Of a DNA stretch of 64,000 bases, positions 9,707 through 18,408 are shown one piece after another. The notes under the pieces are model-generated. The model worked only from the letters and a program-made list of their open reading frames with translations, did not search any database and was not told the DNA's origin. Made by a program: the position numbers and the translations under genes. The stretch is from Alphaproteobacteria bacterium. Lineage in GTDB: Bacteria; Pseudomonadota; Alphaproteobacteria; MPNO01. Each line of letters opens with the position of its first letter. Positions within the stretch are counted from its first letter, which is position 1. The stretch is taken from NCBI GenBank assembly GCA_965117055.1, contig OZ220750.1, positions 124,902 to 188,901 on the forward strand. Direction: 5' to 3'.

Positions 9707-11080
9707 ATGGCGGCGGACCGGCCTCGCTGGCTCCTGATCGCGTTCATCGCCCTGTCGCAGTTCGCGAGCGCGTTCATGCACGCCATCGTCGGCGTGCCGC
9801 TGCCGACGATGGCGCGCGAGTTCGGCGCGAGCGGGCTGGAGCTCAGCCTGCTGGACACGGTGTTTCTCGGCGCGGCCGCCGCGCTGTTGATGCCGATCGG
9901 CCGGTTCGCCGACGCGACCGACAAGAACTCGCTGTTCAAATGGGGGCTGGTGGCGCTCGGGCTGACCACCTTCGCGATCGGGCTCCAGCCCAGCATGCCG
10001 CTGGTCATCGTCATGCGCTTCATGCAGGCGGTGGCGGCATCCTTTCTGATCGCGACCTCGATGGCGATCGTCGCCGACATCGCGCCGAAGGACCAGCTCG
10101 GCCGGCTGGTCGGGCTGGCGATCGGAGCGACCTATATCGGTCTCGCCTCGGGACCCTATTTCGCCGGGCTGGTCACCACCCATCTCGGCTGGCGCTGGGT
10201 GTTCTACCTCGCCGCCATACCGCCCTTCGCCGCCTACGCGCTGTCCCGCTTCACCCTGCCCAGCCGCTGGCGGCGGCCGGACGCGCCGATAAACCTCGTC
10301 AGCAGCGCGCTCCTGGCGGTTGCGATCGCCACCCTGATCGCGGGCTCGGCGATGCTCGGGCGCGGGCTCCTGGGCTGGGTCCTGATCGCCGCGGCCGTCG
10401 CCGTGGGCGCCGTCTACTTCGCGGCGGAGAAACGCTCGGCCAACCCGCTCTTGAACCTCGGCGCGATCGGCGCGAACCGCCGCCTGTCGCTGGCGCTCCT
10501 GGTGCAGTTCCTGGTCTATTGCGGGACCGTCGGGACGACCTTCCTGCTTTCGATCTATCTCCAGGTGATCCAGGGCTATTCGCCGGAAGGGGCGGGCGAG
10601 ATCCTCATCGTGGGCCCGGTGGTGATGGCCCTGTTCGCACCCCTCGGCGGACGTCTGGCCGACCGTTTTCCGCCGCACCTGATCACCTTCATGGGCGGGG
10701 CCTTCATCCTCTGCCAGACGGTGCTGGCGGCGTTCCTGGACGCCGGGTCGGGGCTGGCTCACGTTCTCGCCGTGATGGTGTTCCAGGGACTCGGCTTCGC
10801 CTTCTTCTCGGCCCCCAACATCTCCAACATCATGACCAGCGTGGTCCCGGCCGAGCGCGGCATGGCCTCGGCGTTGTCGGCCGAGATGCGCTCGCTCGGC
10901 ATGATGGTGTCGATGGCGATCGTCACCGTCTTGATCTCGGTGCGGCTCGGCACGGCGTCGATCTCGTCCGTGCCGGACCGCTATCTCTCGGTGATGACGC
11001 TGGTCTTCGTCGCGTTCTCGGTGCTGACCGCGCTCGGTGTGGCCGTCTCGCTCAGGAAACCCCCACCCGCCCCCGCATGA
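9707..11080 (+). CDS. MFS transporter (DHA2-like, about 14 TM)
   Basis: GRFADATDK and GRLADRF loop motifs, LGWRWVFY, many hydrophobic segments. Confidence 0.88.
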   Translation: MAADRPRWLLIAFIALSQFASAFMHAIVGVPLPTMAREFGASGLELSLLDTVFLGAAAALLMPIGRFADATDKNSLFKWGLVALGLTTFAIGLQPSMPLVIVMRFMQAVAASFLIATSMAIVADIAPKDQLGRLVGLAIGATYIGLASGPYFAGLVTTHLGWRWVFYLAAIPPFAAYALSRFTLPSRWRRPDAPINLVSSALLAVAIATLIAGSAMLGRGLLGWVLIAAAVAVGAVYFAAEKRSANPLLNLGAIGANRRLSLALLVQFLVYCGTVGTTFLLSIYLQVIQGYSPEGAGEILIVGPVVMALFAPLGGRLADRFPPHLITFMGGAFILCQTVLAAFLDAGSGLAHVLAVMVFQGLGFAFFSAPNISNIMTSVVPAERGMASALSAEMRSLGMMVSMAIVTVLISVRLGTASISSVPDRYLSVMTLVFVAFSVLTALGVAVSLRKPPPAPA

Positions 11081-11852
11081 ACCGCGCGGCGTCTTCCAGC
11101 GCGTCCTCGACCGGACGGCCGCGCAGATCGGGCGGGAAAATCTCGAACTCGTAGAACCCGGAATAGCCGTCGGCCTCGAACCCGGCGATCAGCCCGGCAA
11201 GGTCGACCAGCCCGGCGGACAGGAACTCGCGCCGCGGCCGGGAGGGCTCGGGCTCGACCACGTTGCACAGCTGGAAGAGCGCGACCCGGTCCCGACGGTC
11301 GCGGCAGATACCGGGAAGCGCCGGGTCCCACCAGGAATGGTTGATGTCGAGGATCATGCCGACACCCTCGATCCCCTCGATCAGGGAGAGCGTATCGGCG
11401 ATGGAATTGACGCAGCCCTTGGTCATCAGGTCGACGGGATGGATCGGCTCGACGCCGAGCGTGACGCCCGCCGGGCGCGCGATCCCGGCAAGAGCCTCGA
11501 GCCCGTCGCGGACGCGGGTCCGCGCCGCTTCGATCGAACGCTCCGCGCCGCGTCCGCCCGATATCACGCAAACCGCGCCGGCATCGAGGACCGCCGCCGC
11601 CTCGACCATCCGGCGGTCGTGATCGTCGATCAGGGCACCGTCCTTGTTGGCGAAATACCCCGCGCTGTTGACCGAGGAAACCGCGAGGCCGCGGTCGTCG
11701 ACCATCGCCTTGAGCGCCCGCGCGCCCGCCTCGGCAACCGCCCGCGCGGTGAGGCCGACCGCGCCCGCGCCGACCGCGCCCGCCGCGTCGAGGAATTCGA
11801 CGACCGTCATCCCGGCGGGGCAGATGTAGTGGTTGATGGACAGCCTGTTCAT
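11052..11852 (-). CDS. sugar phosphate isomerase/epimerase (TIM barrel)
   Basis: LGVEPIHP, ILDINHSWWD, GFYEFEIF. Confidence 0.82.
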   Translation of the reverse strand: MNRLSINHYICPAGMTVVEFLDAAGAVGAGAVGLTARAVAEAGARALKAMVDDRGLAVSSVNSAGYFANKDGALIDDHDRRMVEAAAVLDAGAVCVISGGRGAERSIEAARTRVRDGLEALAGIARPAGVTLGVEPIHPVDLMTKGCVNSIADTLSLIEGIEGVGMILDINHSWWDPALPGICRDRRDRVALFQLCNVVEPEPSRPRREFLSAGLVDLAGLIAGFEADGYSGFYEFEIFPPDLRGRPVEDALEDAARFMRGRVGVS

Positions 11853-11918
11853 GGCACCCCCGTTCCGCCAAATTCGAGAATACATAGGGACGGAATGCAG
11901 CACTGGGAAGGAAACACT

Positions 11919-12776
11919 ATGGCGCCTTGGGCGACACGCGACGGTGTGGGTTTTGATGTGCTGGACCGGGTCCAAGACAGCCTAACTGTGGACATGATTA
12001 TGACCCATCGGCACAGACTGATGACCTGCCGACCAGAGGATAGAGTAGACGCGATCATGGCCCGGAACACGGACCGCTTCAGTTTTCTGCCAGTGGAGGA
12101 CGCGGACGGGCGGATCGACGGCCTCTACAAGGCAGACCACTGGTTCGATAAGCCGGCGCCGAGGCAACCGATCGGCGATGATTTCGAAACTCTGTCAGAA
12201 GACATGGTACTGGGCGCCGACGCGAGCATATTGGAGTTCGTGAAGACCGCCGACGAACGCCAAGCGCGCCTCGTCGTTCACGACGATGAGGTCATCGGTC
12301 TGATCACCTTATCGGACCTGCAGCAGCTACCGGTACGCGCCGCGCTTTTCACCTTGTTGACGAGCTTTGAAATGGTGATGGCCAAGCGGATTGAGGCAGA
12401 GTGGCCAAGTGAACCAGATGGTTGGCTGAAGCTGCTATGCCCCAAGCGTCGGAAATCGATACGCCGTAATATTCGCAAGGCGAAACAGAACGACGGATTC
12501 GTCAGCGAAATCGTCAGCACTCAGTTTTCAGACAAAGCCGCGATCATTGAAGGACGAGCGCTACTTTCGGGATGCAGGACGGCGCTAGAGTGCGATTTCA
12601 GTTCGATTCGAGATCTGCGCAACAATATAGCCCATGCAAATTATTACGCTGAGACGCCGAAAGCGGCACGCGGGGTCTGTGCAGTCGTGAGGACTATTCT
12701 TGAGATAGGGACGAATTTATCGGAGGGGGCCGAGAGCGGAAATTCATCCACGAATTGCGATGCCTCGGCGGAGTAG
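11919..12776 (+). CDS. CBS-pair + HEPN (Swt1-like) domain protein
   Basis: CBS motifs (VDMIMT...FSFLPVEDADGRIDGL; VIGLITLSDL), then a helical domain with FEMVM and LRNNIAH (Rx4H); AT-richer than its flanks. Confidence 0.72.
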   Translation: MAPWATRDGVGFDVLDRVQDSLTVDMIMTHRHRLMTCRPEDRVDAIMARNTDRFSFLPVEDADGRIDGLYKADHWFDKPAPRQPIGDDFETLSEDMVLGADASILEFVKTADERQARLVVHDDEVIGLITLSDLQQLPVRAALFTLLTSFEMVMAKRIEAEWPSEPDGWLKLLCPKRRKSIRRNIRKAKQNDGFVSEIVSTQFSDKAAIIEGRALLSGCRTALECDFSSIRDLRNNIAHANYYAETPKAARGVCAVVRTILEIGTNLSEGAESGNSSTNCDASAE

Positions 12777-12819
12777 ATACGGAAATTCGATTAGGAAGAA
12801 ATATCGAGAGGAGACGGTC

Positions 12820-13578
12820 ATGGGCAGGCTGGACGGCAAAGTTGCGGTGGTCACAGCGGCGGCGGGCGGCATCGCGGGCGCGGCGGCGCGGCGCTTCGCC
12901 GCGGAAGGCGCCTCGGTGTTGGTTTGCGATATCGACTCGGATGGCGCGGAGAAGACCGCGGCCGATATCGTCGGGGCGGGAGGAACGGCGCGGGCGCGGC
13001 ATTGCGACGTCGCGGACCCGGATTCGGCCGAGGCGGCGGCCGAAGCCGCCATTGACGCGTTCGGCGCGATCCACGTCCTGATGAACGGCGCCGCCGCGCG
13101 CGAGCCGGTGGCGAACGTCGTCGACCTACCGCTCGCCGACTGGGAGCACGCGATGCGGGTCAACCTCACCGGCATCTTCCTGATGTGCAAACACGCGATC
13201 CCGAGGATCGCCGACGCCGGCGGCGGCAGCGTGATCAACGTCGCCTCGCAGCTCGGCAGCGTCGTCGTCCCCAACCGGCCCGCCTATGTGACCAGCAAGG
13301 CGGCCGTGATCCAGCTCTCGAAGTCGATGGCGCTCGACTTCGCGAAGGACAACATCCGCGTCAATTCTCTCTCGCCCGGCGCGACCGAGACCGGCAGGCT
13401 GCTCGTGCATTACGACACGATGGAGGACGTGCGCCGGGCGCTGGTGCCGCTCCACCCGATCGGGCGGCTGGGCCAGCCGGAGGATCTGGCCGACGCGGCG
13501 CTCTTCCTCGCCAGCGACGAATCGGCCTTCGTCACCGGCCACGACCTGATCGTCGACGGCGGCTACACGGCGGTCTAG
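12820..13578 (+). CDS. SDR family oxidoreductase
   Basis: VAVVTAAAGGIA, YVTSK, IRVNSLSPG, VDGG. Confidence 0.9.
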   Translation: MGRLDGKVAVVTAAAGGIAGAAARRFAAEGASVLVCDIDSDGAEKTAADIVGAGGTARARHCDVADPDSAEAAAEAAIDAFGAIHVLMNGAAAREPVANVVDLPLADWEHAMRVNLTGIFLMCKHAIPRIADAGGGSVINVASQLGSVVVPNRPAYVTSKAAVIQLSKSMALDFAKDNIRVNSLSPGATETGRLLVHYDTMEDVRRALVPLHPIGRLGQPEDLADAALFLASDESAFVTGHDLIVDGGYTAV

Positions 13579-13763
13579 TGCGGATCTGTTTTAGTTGGAA
13601 CCGCTTCGTCCGTTCTCTTCCGTCATGGTCGGCGCAGGCCGACCATCCACGTTTTGTTTTTGTTTCCAGCGCCTTAAAAACTCGTGGATGGTCGGCCTTC
13701 GCCGACCATGACGGTGAGGAGACGGGGGTAAAGGCGCTTCTCTCTAAACCGGACAGGCTCTAG
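13575..13763. mobile_element. 189-bp CTAG-flanked MITE, copy 2 (inverted)
   Basis: Reverse-complement match to 4232-4420, same length. Confidence 0.8.
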
Positions 13764-13788
13764 GCCCGTGCGCACCTGACGGTTCTAA

Positions 13789-13993
13789 CCCGGATTTCTC
13801 ACGAGCGGCGGGCGCTTCTTGTGTCCAGCGCACGGGAATGATTACACGACAAGGGTTTGCCCGCTCGCCGGCGGTTTCGGCGAAGCACGCAGTCTGTCGT
13901 TCGCCCCGTTGTCACCCCGGCCTTGAGCCGGGGTCCAGGCTTGGGGTCGGCCGCGGTGCAGGCTCCTCTTCGGCCCTCGATGAGAAATGCCGG
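13789..13993. mobile_element. IS1380-derived MITE, copy 1 (205 bp)
   Basis: Ends CCCGGATTTCTCA...TGAGAAATGCCGG match the IS at 22613-24260; flanks CTAA/CTAG. Confidence 0.78.
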
Positions 13994-13999
13994 CTAGGG

Positions 14000-14107
14000 G
14001 CGTCCCTCGATACGGCCCTCCGGGGCCTACTCGGGATGAGGGTGTGTTGTGTGGATCGCCACACCTCTCCTCATCCTGAGTAGCCCCCGAAGGGCCGTAT
14101 CGAAGGG
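14000..14107. repeat. palindromic intergenic repeat family C (CCTTCGATACG...CTCATCC.GAGTAG...CGTATCGA.GG)
   Basis: Copies at 19562-19660 and 53540-53632. Confidence 0.8.
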
Positions 14108-14116
14108 CCGCGCCGC

Positions 14117-15586
14117 TCACCCCGACGCTTCGCCCTCCTCCAGCTCGTCGAGGATGCGCCAGATGCGTTGGACGTGGCGCTCCTTCTCGGTGCGTTCGTA
14201 GAGGAAGCCGGCGGCGCGGACGAGATCGCCCGCGAAGTAGCGCTCGTAAAGCTGCTGGCGGCCCGAGAAGCTCGACATCGCGGCGTCGTAGGCGAGCCGG
14301 AACAGCTTGATCCGGGCCCGCGAATCGGCGCCCGCGGCCTGGTAGTAGGCCTCCACGTCGGCGCCGACAGGCCCGTCGAGCTCGGCGAAGGAAGGCACCA
14401 TGACCAGCCCGCCGGCGCCCATCACCTGGACGATCTCGCAGCTTCGGCGGAACATCTGCGGGTAGAGGAAGCGTACCGCGTCGAGCGGCCCCATCGCCGG
14501 CAGCAGCGTCCCGTTGGGCCCCGGCTTCGGCTCGGCCTCGCTCGCCATCAGGCAGGAGCGCACGACCTCGGCGTAGTTGATCAGCTCGGCCAGCATCCCC
14601 TGGATGTGCTGGTGGACGTCGATCCTGGTGGTGCGCACCAGGGTGAAGCCGAGCGCCATCATGAACTCCGCCTTGGCGAGGTTCTTGGTGACGAACTGGT
14701 GCGCCATCCCCGCGCCTGCCCCGGTCCTCGGGTAGATGGTGTTGAACGCCTCCACGTCGCGGTAGAGGAAGACCCGCTCCCACGGCACCTCGACGTCGTC
14801 GAACACCACCATGCAGTCGGTCTCGTCGAGCCGGCTCGACAGCGGGAAGTCGAGCGCCGATCCGGCCTCGCGATGGACCACGGCGGGGCGGCAGATCAGC
14901 CGCATGCCGGGCGTCGCCACCGGCACCGCGAAGCCGATCGCGAAGGGCTTCGCCTGCTCGGTATCCGGCAGCGGGTAGGACGGCGCCGGCATCACCACCA
15001 GCTCGTCGGAAAAGGCGCCCAGCGTCGCCAGCATCCGCGCGCCCCGGATCACGATGCCGGAATCGGTCTCGCGCACGGCTTTGGCGGCGAGGTCCATCGG
15101 GCCCTTCTGCTCGGACACGTCCTTCGAGCGGTCGACCTGCGGGTTGGTGAGCGAATGGGTGGTGACGAGGTCGTTTTCCCGCACCGTCTCGTAGTAGCGC
15201 CGGACATTGTCGCCGTATTCGCCGAACGCCTCGGGACAGGCGCCGAACCCGGCCAGCATGGCGTTCATGAAGTCCGGCGCGCGCCCGTACATGCCGAAGG
15301 TATGGTCGTGCCAGTGCTTGACCATGACCCGGCGCCGGGCGAGGTCTTCGGGGGTCCGGGGCTGGATGAAGGAGAGCCCGACCCGTTCGCCCGTGCTCGG
15401 CGAGACATAGGTCATCTCATCGATCAGCCCGTCCTCATGCTGCATGTCGTAGAGCTCGGCCAGCGTCCGGAGTCCGCCGGCGAAGCGGGGATCCGCGGCC
15501 AGGTCGCCGACCCGCTCGCCGTCGATATAGAGCTCGCGCCCGTCGTCGAGCCCGGCGATCAGCTCCGCGCCCGTTCGAATGCCCAC
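14117..15586 (-). CDS. 4-hydroxyphenylacetate 3-monooxygenase family, oxygenase component (HpaB-like)
   Basis: GRELYIDGERV, MYGRAPDFMN, TNPQVDRS, GARMLATLG, SSRLDETD, GRQQLYERYFAGD. Confidence 0.88.
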   Translation of the reverse strand: MGIRTGAELIAGLDDGRELYIDGERVGDLAADPRFAGGLRTLAELYDMQHEDGLIDEMTYVSPSTGERVGLSFIQPRTPEDLARRRVMVKHWHDHTFGMYGRAPDFMNAMLAGFGACPEAFGEYGDNVRRYYETVRENDLVTTHSLTNPQVDRSKDVSEQKGPMDLAAKAVRETDSGIVIRGARMLATLGAFSDELVVMPAPSYPLPDTEQAKPFAIGFAVPVATPGMRLICRPAVVHREAGSALDFPLSSRLDETDCMVVFDDVEVPWERVFLYRDVEAFNTIYPRTGAGAGMAHQFVTKNLAKAEFMMALGFTLVRTTRIDVHQHIQGMLAELINYAEVVRSCLMASEAEPKPGPNGTLLPAMGPLDAVRFLYPQMFRRSCEIVQVMGAGGLVMVPSFAELDGPVGADVEAYYQAAGADSRARIKLFRLAYDAAMSSFSGRQQLYERYFAGDLVRAAGFLYERTEKERHVQRIWRILDELEEGEASG

Positions 15587-15689
15587 GCGGCCCTCCCTGT
15601 CGTGCCGGGAGCGATGATAGCCGGGCCGGGGCGCTTGTCACCCGCGGGCGCGGCGGACCATTATGGTCGCCCACCGGGGAAGGAAAGAC

Positions 15690-17042
15690 ATGGCGAAAAA
15701 GGCTTTTCGGGACTTCCTTCAGGACCTTGAGGCGGCGGGCGAGATCCAGCGCGTGGCCAGGCCGGTCGATCCGCGCGACCTGTCGGGTCTTGCCGCGCAG
15801 ACCGACAAGGCGGTGCTGTTCGACGAGATCGAGGGTTATCCGGGCTGGCGGGTGGCGACGGCGCTGCTCTCGTCGCGGCGCCGGCTCGCGACCGCCCTCG
15901 ACTGCGAGGAGGACCGCATCGCGCAGGAATTCGAGACCCGCTCCGCGCGCGCCATTGCGCCCGATCAGGTCGGCAACGCGCCCTGCCAGGACGTCGTGAT
16001 GGAGGGCGACGACGTCGACCTCACGGCGATCCCCTTCCCGCTGATGCACGTCTATGACGGCGGGCCCTATATCTCGGGCACGTTCGTGGTCTCGCGCGAT
16101 GCCGAGTACGGGCGCAACGCCGGTTCCTACCGGCTGATGTACCGCAACCGGCGGGAGACCGGGATCGACCTGGTCTCGCCGTCGGACATGCGGTTCTACT
16201 ACCAGCGCATGCTGGACCGGGGCGAGCCGCTGCCGATCGCGGTCGCGGTCGGGGTGCATCCGTTCGAGATGCTGGCCGCCTCCTACAAGGCGCCGATCGC
16301 CAACGACGAGCTGGAGCTCGCCGGCGGGCTGCACGGCGCGGCGGTGCCGATGGTCAAGTGCCGGACCTCCGACCTCGAAGTGCCGGCGGATTCCGAGCTC
16401 GTGCTGGAAGGCGAGATCCTCCCGATAGGCTGGACCGCCGACGAAGGGCCGTTCGGCGAGTTTTCGCAGATCTCGGGCGACGTGAAGTGGAACCCGGTAT
16501 TCCGGGTCAACTGCATCACCCACCGGCGCGATCCGATCTTCTACCTGTTGCAGATGCCGTGGGAGAACGACTGGCTGTCTGCGCCGGTGACGGAGGCCGC
16601 GGGGTTGCAGGCGCTGAGGGTGGCGAGCGTCGAGCCGGTGGCGATCCGCGCGCCGGTGGGGAGCTGCGGCTACTGGACACTGATCGCCTCGATCCGCAAG
16701 CGCCCGGGCGAGGGCAAGAACGCGCTCCTGGCCCTGCTCTCGGTCGCCGAGGTCAAGCTCGCCATCGTCACCGACGAAGATATCGACATCAACAATCCGG
16801 ACGACATCGACTGGGCGCTGACCTTCCGGGTGCAGGCCGATCAGGACCTGATCACGCTGGCGGGGGCGCGCGGCAAGCACGTCGATCCCAGCATCCGCGC
16901 CTGGGAGATGGGCCAGGGCGGGCTGCCGCTCACCGCCAAGCTCGGCATCGACGCGACGATCCCCGAAGGCATCCCGAAATGGCTCTACAAGCGGATCGAG
17001 GCCTACGGCAAGGACCGGGTCAGGCTGGAGGACTACCTGTGA
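15690..17042 (+). CDS. UbiD family (prFMN-dependent) decarboxylase
   Basis: DGGPYIS, VPADSELVLEG, EGPFGEF, VTDEDIDI, WALTFR, KLGIDAT. Confidence 0.9.
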   Translation: MAKKAFRDFLQDLEAAGEIQRVARPVDPRDLSGLAAQTDKAVLFDEIEGYPGWRVATALLSSRRRLATALDCEEDRIAQEFETRSARAIAPDQVGNAPCQDVVMEGDDVDLTAIPFPLMHVYDGGPYISGTFVVSRDAEYGRNAGSYRLMYRNRRETGIDLVSPSDMRFYYQRMLDRGEPLPIAVAVGVHPFEMLAASYKAPIANDELELAGGLHGAAVPMVKCRTSDLEVPADSELVLEGEILPIGWTADEGPFGEFSQISGDVKWNPVFRVNCITHRRDPIFYLLQMPWENDWLSAPVTEAAGLQALRVASVEPVAIRAPVGSCGYWTLIASIRKRPGEGKNALLALLSVAEVKLAIVTDEDIDINNPDDIDWALTFRVQADQDLITLAGARGKHVDPSIRAWEMGQGGLPLTAKLGIDATIPEGIPKWLYKRIEAYGKDRVRLEDYL

Positions 17043-17257
17043 GCGGGCTCGCGGCCGCCATCGAGGCGGCGCTGGTCGAGGAGCCCTTGCAATTCGCCGA
17101 GCTCGTCGACCGCCACCGCGCCGTCGCCTGGCGCGACTTCCTGCACGCCTGGGGCGCAGTGCGCGAGAAGGACATCCTCAAGCGCGACGACATCGGCCGC
17201 TACTACATCCCCGGCGGCCCGGCCGAGGCCATCGCGGCGGAGACCAAGGCGATTTAG
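17039..17257 (+). CDS. small hypothetical protein coupled to UbiD (72 aa)
   Basis: GTGA overlap with the UbiD stop; host-like codon usage (MSGLAAAIEAALVEEPLQFAELVDRH...RDDIGRYYI). Confidence 0.7.
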   Translation: MSGLAAAIEAALVEEPLQFAELVDRHRAVAWRDFLHAWGAVREKDILKRDDIGRYYIPGGPAEAIAAETKAI

Positions 17258-17302
17258 GCACCTGCGCGGCGAAACCGACCGTTGCGCGGTTTTTCGGACC
17301 CA

Positions 17303-17330
17303 TTTATCCTATCCCCCAGGTTAGGATAAA
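17303..17330. promoter_or_regulatory. putative RcnR/CsoR-family operator
   Basis: Inverted repeat TTTATCCTA-N10(C-tract)-TAGGATAAA immediately upstream of the repressor gene. Confidence 0.65.
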
Positions 17331-17344
17331 TGCAGATCGGAGCC

Positions 17345-17626
17345 ATGCCTGAACGAGCGAATTCGGTACACCAAAGCCACGGCGACGTGGTCAAGCGGCT
17401 GAAGCGGGCCGAGGGACATCTGCGCAAGGCGACCCGGATGATCGAGGAGGGGCGGCCCTGCGCCGACGTGGCGCAGCAGCTCCAGGCGATCGAGTCGGCT
17501 TTGCGCAGCGCCAAGCAGGTCTATATCCGCGACCACATCGACCACTGCATGGACGAGCACGTCAAGGACGGCGTCGCGGCGGCGGCTGTCCTCGCCGAGT
17601 TCAAGCAGATCAGCAAATATCTCTGA
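17345..17626 (+). CDS. CsoR/RcnR (NreA-like) metal-sensing repressor
   Basis: RLKRAEGHL, RPCADVAQQLQAIESAL, DHIDHC. Confidence 0.88.
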   Translation: MPERANSVHQSHGDVVKRLKRAEGHLRKATRMIEEGRPCADVAQQLQAIESALRSAKQVYIRDHIDHCMDEHVKDGVAAAAVLAEFKQISKYL

Positions 17627-17643
17627 GACCAGGTCACGGTCCT

Positions 17644-18408
17644 ATGGACCTCATTTCCCTAATTCAAGACGGTTCGACATCGTTCCTCTATCTCGCCGCC
17701 ATCGGTCTCGTGCTGGGATCGCTGCACGGCCTCGAGCCGGGGCACTCCAAGACGATGATGGCGGCGTTCATCGTCGCGGTCCGGGGAACCCCGTTGCAGG
17801 CGGTCCTGCTCGGCGTCTCGGCGGCGCTGTCGCACAGCATCGTGGTCTGGGTCATGGCGCTGCTGGCGCTGACCTGGGGCGACGAGACGATCGGCGGGAA
17901 GCTGGAGCCCTGGTTCGTCGCGGGCGCCGGCGCGATCGTCATGGGGGTGGGGGTGGTTATGTTGTGGCGGGCGCTGCGGCACGCCCGCGCGCGCCGCGAA
18001 CGCCATCACGGTCACCATGACGACGCGCATATCCGCGCGCACGCCCGCGACATCGAGACCCGGTTCGCGGGAGGCCGGGCAACCGCGCCGCAGACCATCG
18101 GTTTCGGGCTGGTCGGCGGGCTGATTCCCTGTCCGGCGGCGATCACCGTGCTGCTGCTCTGCCTCGGGATCGGGCAGTTCTGGCTGGGCGTAGGCATGGT
18201 CGCGTCGTTCTCGGTCGGCCTCGCGGTCACGCTGGTGGGCGTCGGAATGGCCGCGGTCCTCGGGCTCCGCTACGCATCGAAGCGGTTTTCGGGAGCCGAC
18301 CGGCTGTTCGCTTCGGCGCCCTATGTGTCGGGCGCGCTGATCCTGCTGGTCGGGATCTATATGGCCTATTCCGGCTGGTCCCACCTTGCGCCGCCGGCCG
18401 GCGCCTAG
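17644..18408 (+). CDS. rcnA: nickel/cobalt efflux transporter
   Basis: HGLEPGHSKTMMAAF, His-rich loop, GGLIPCPAAITVLL. Confidence 0.88.
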   Translation: MDLISLIQDGSTSFLYLAAIGLVLGSLHGLEPGHSKTMMAAFIVAVRGTPLQAVLLGVSAALSHSIVVWVMALLALTWGDETIGGKLEPWFVAGAGAIVMGVGVVMLWRALRHARARRERHHGHHDDAHIRAHARDIETRFAGGRATAPQTIGFGLVGGLIPCPAAITVLLLCLGIGQFWLGVGMVASFSVGLAVTLVGVGMAAVLGLRYASKRFSGADRLFASAPYVSGALILLVGIYMAYSGWSHLAPPAGA

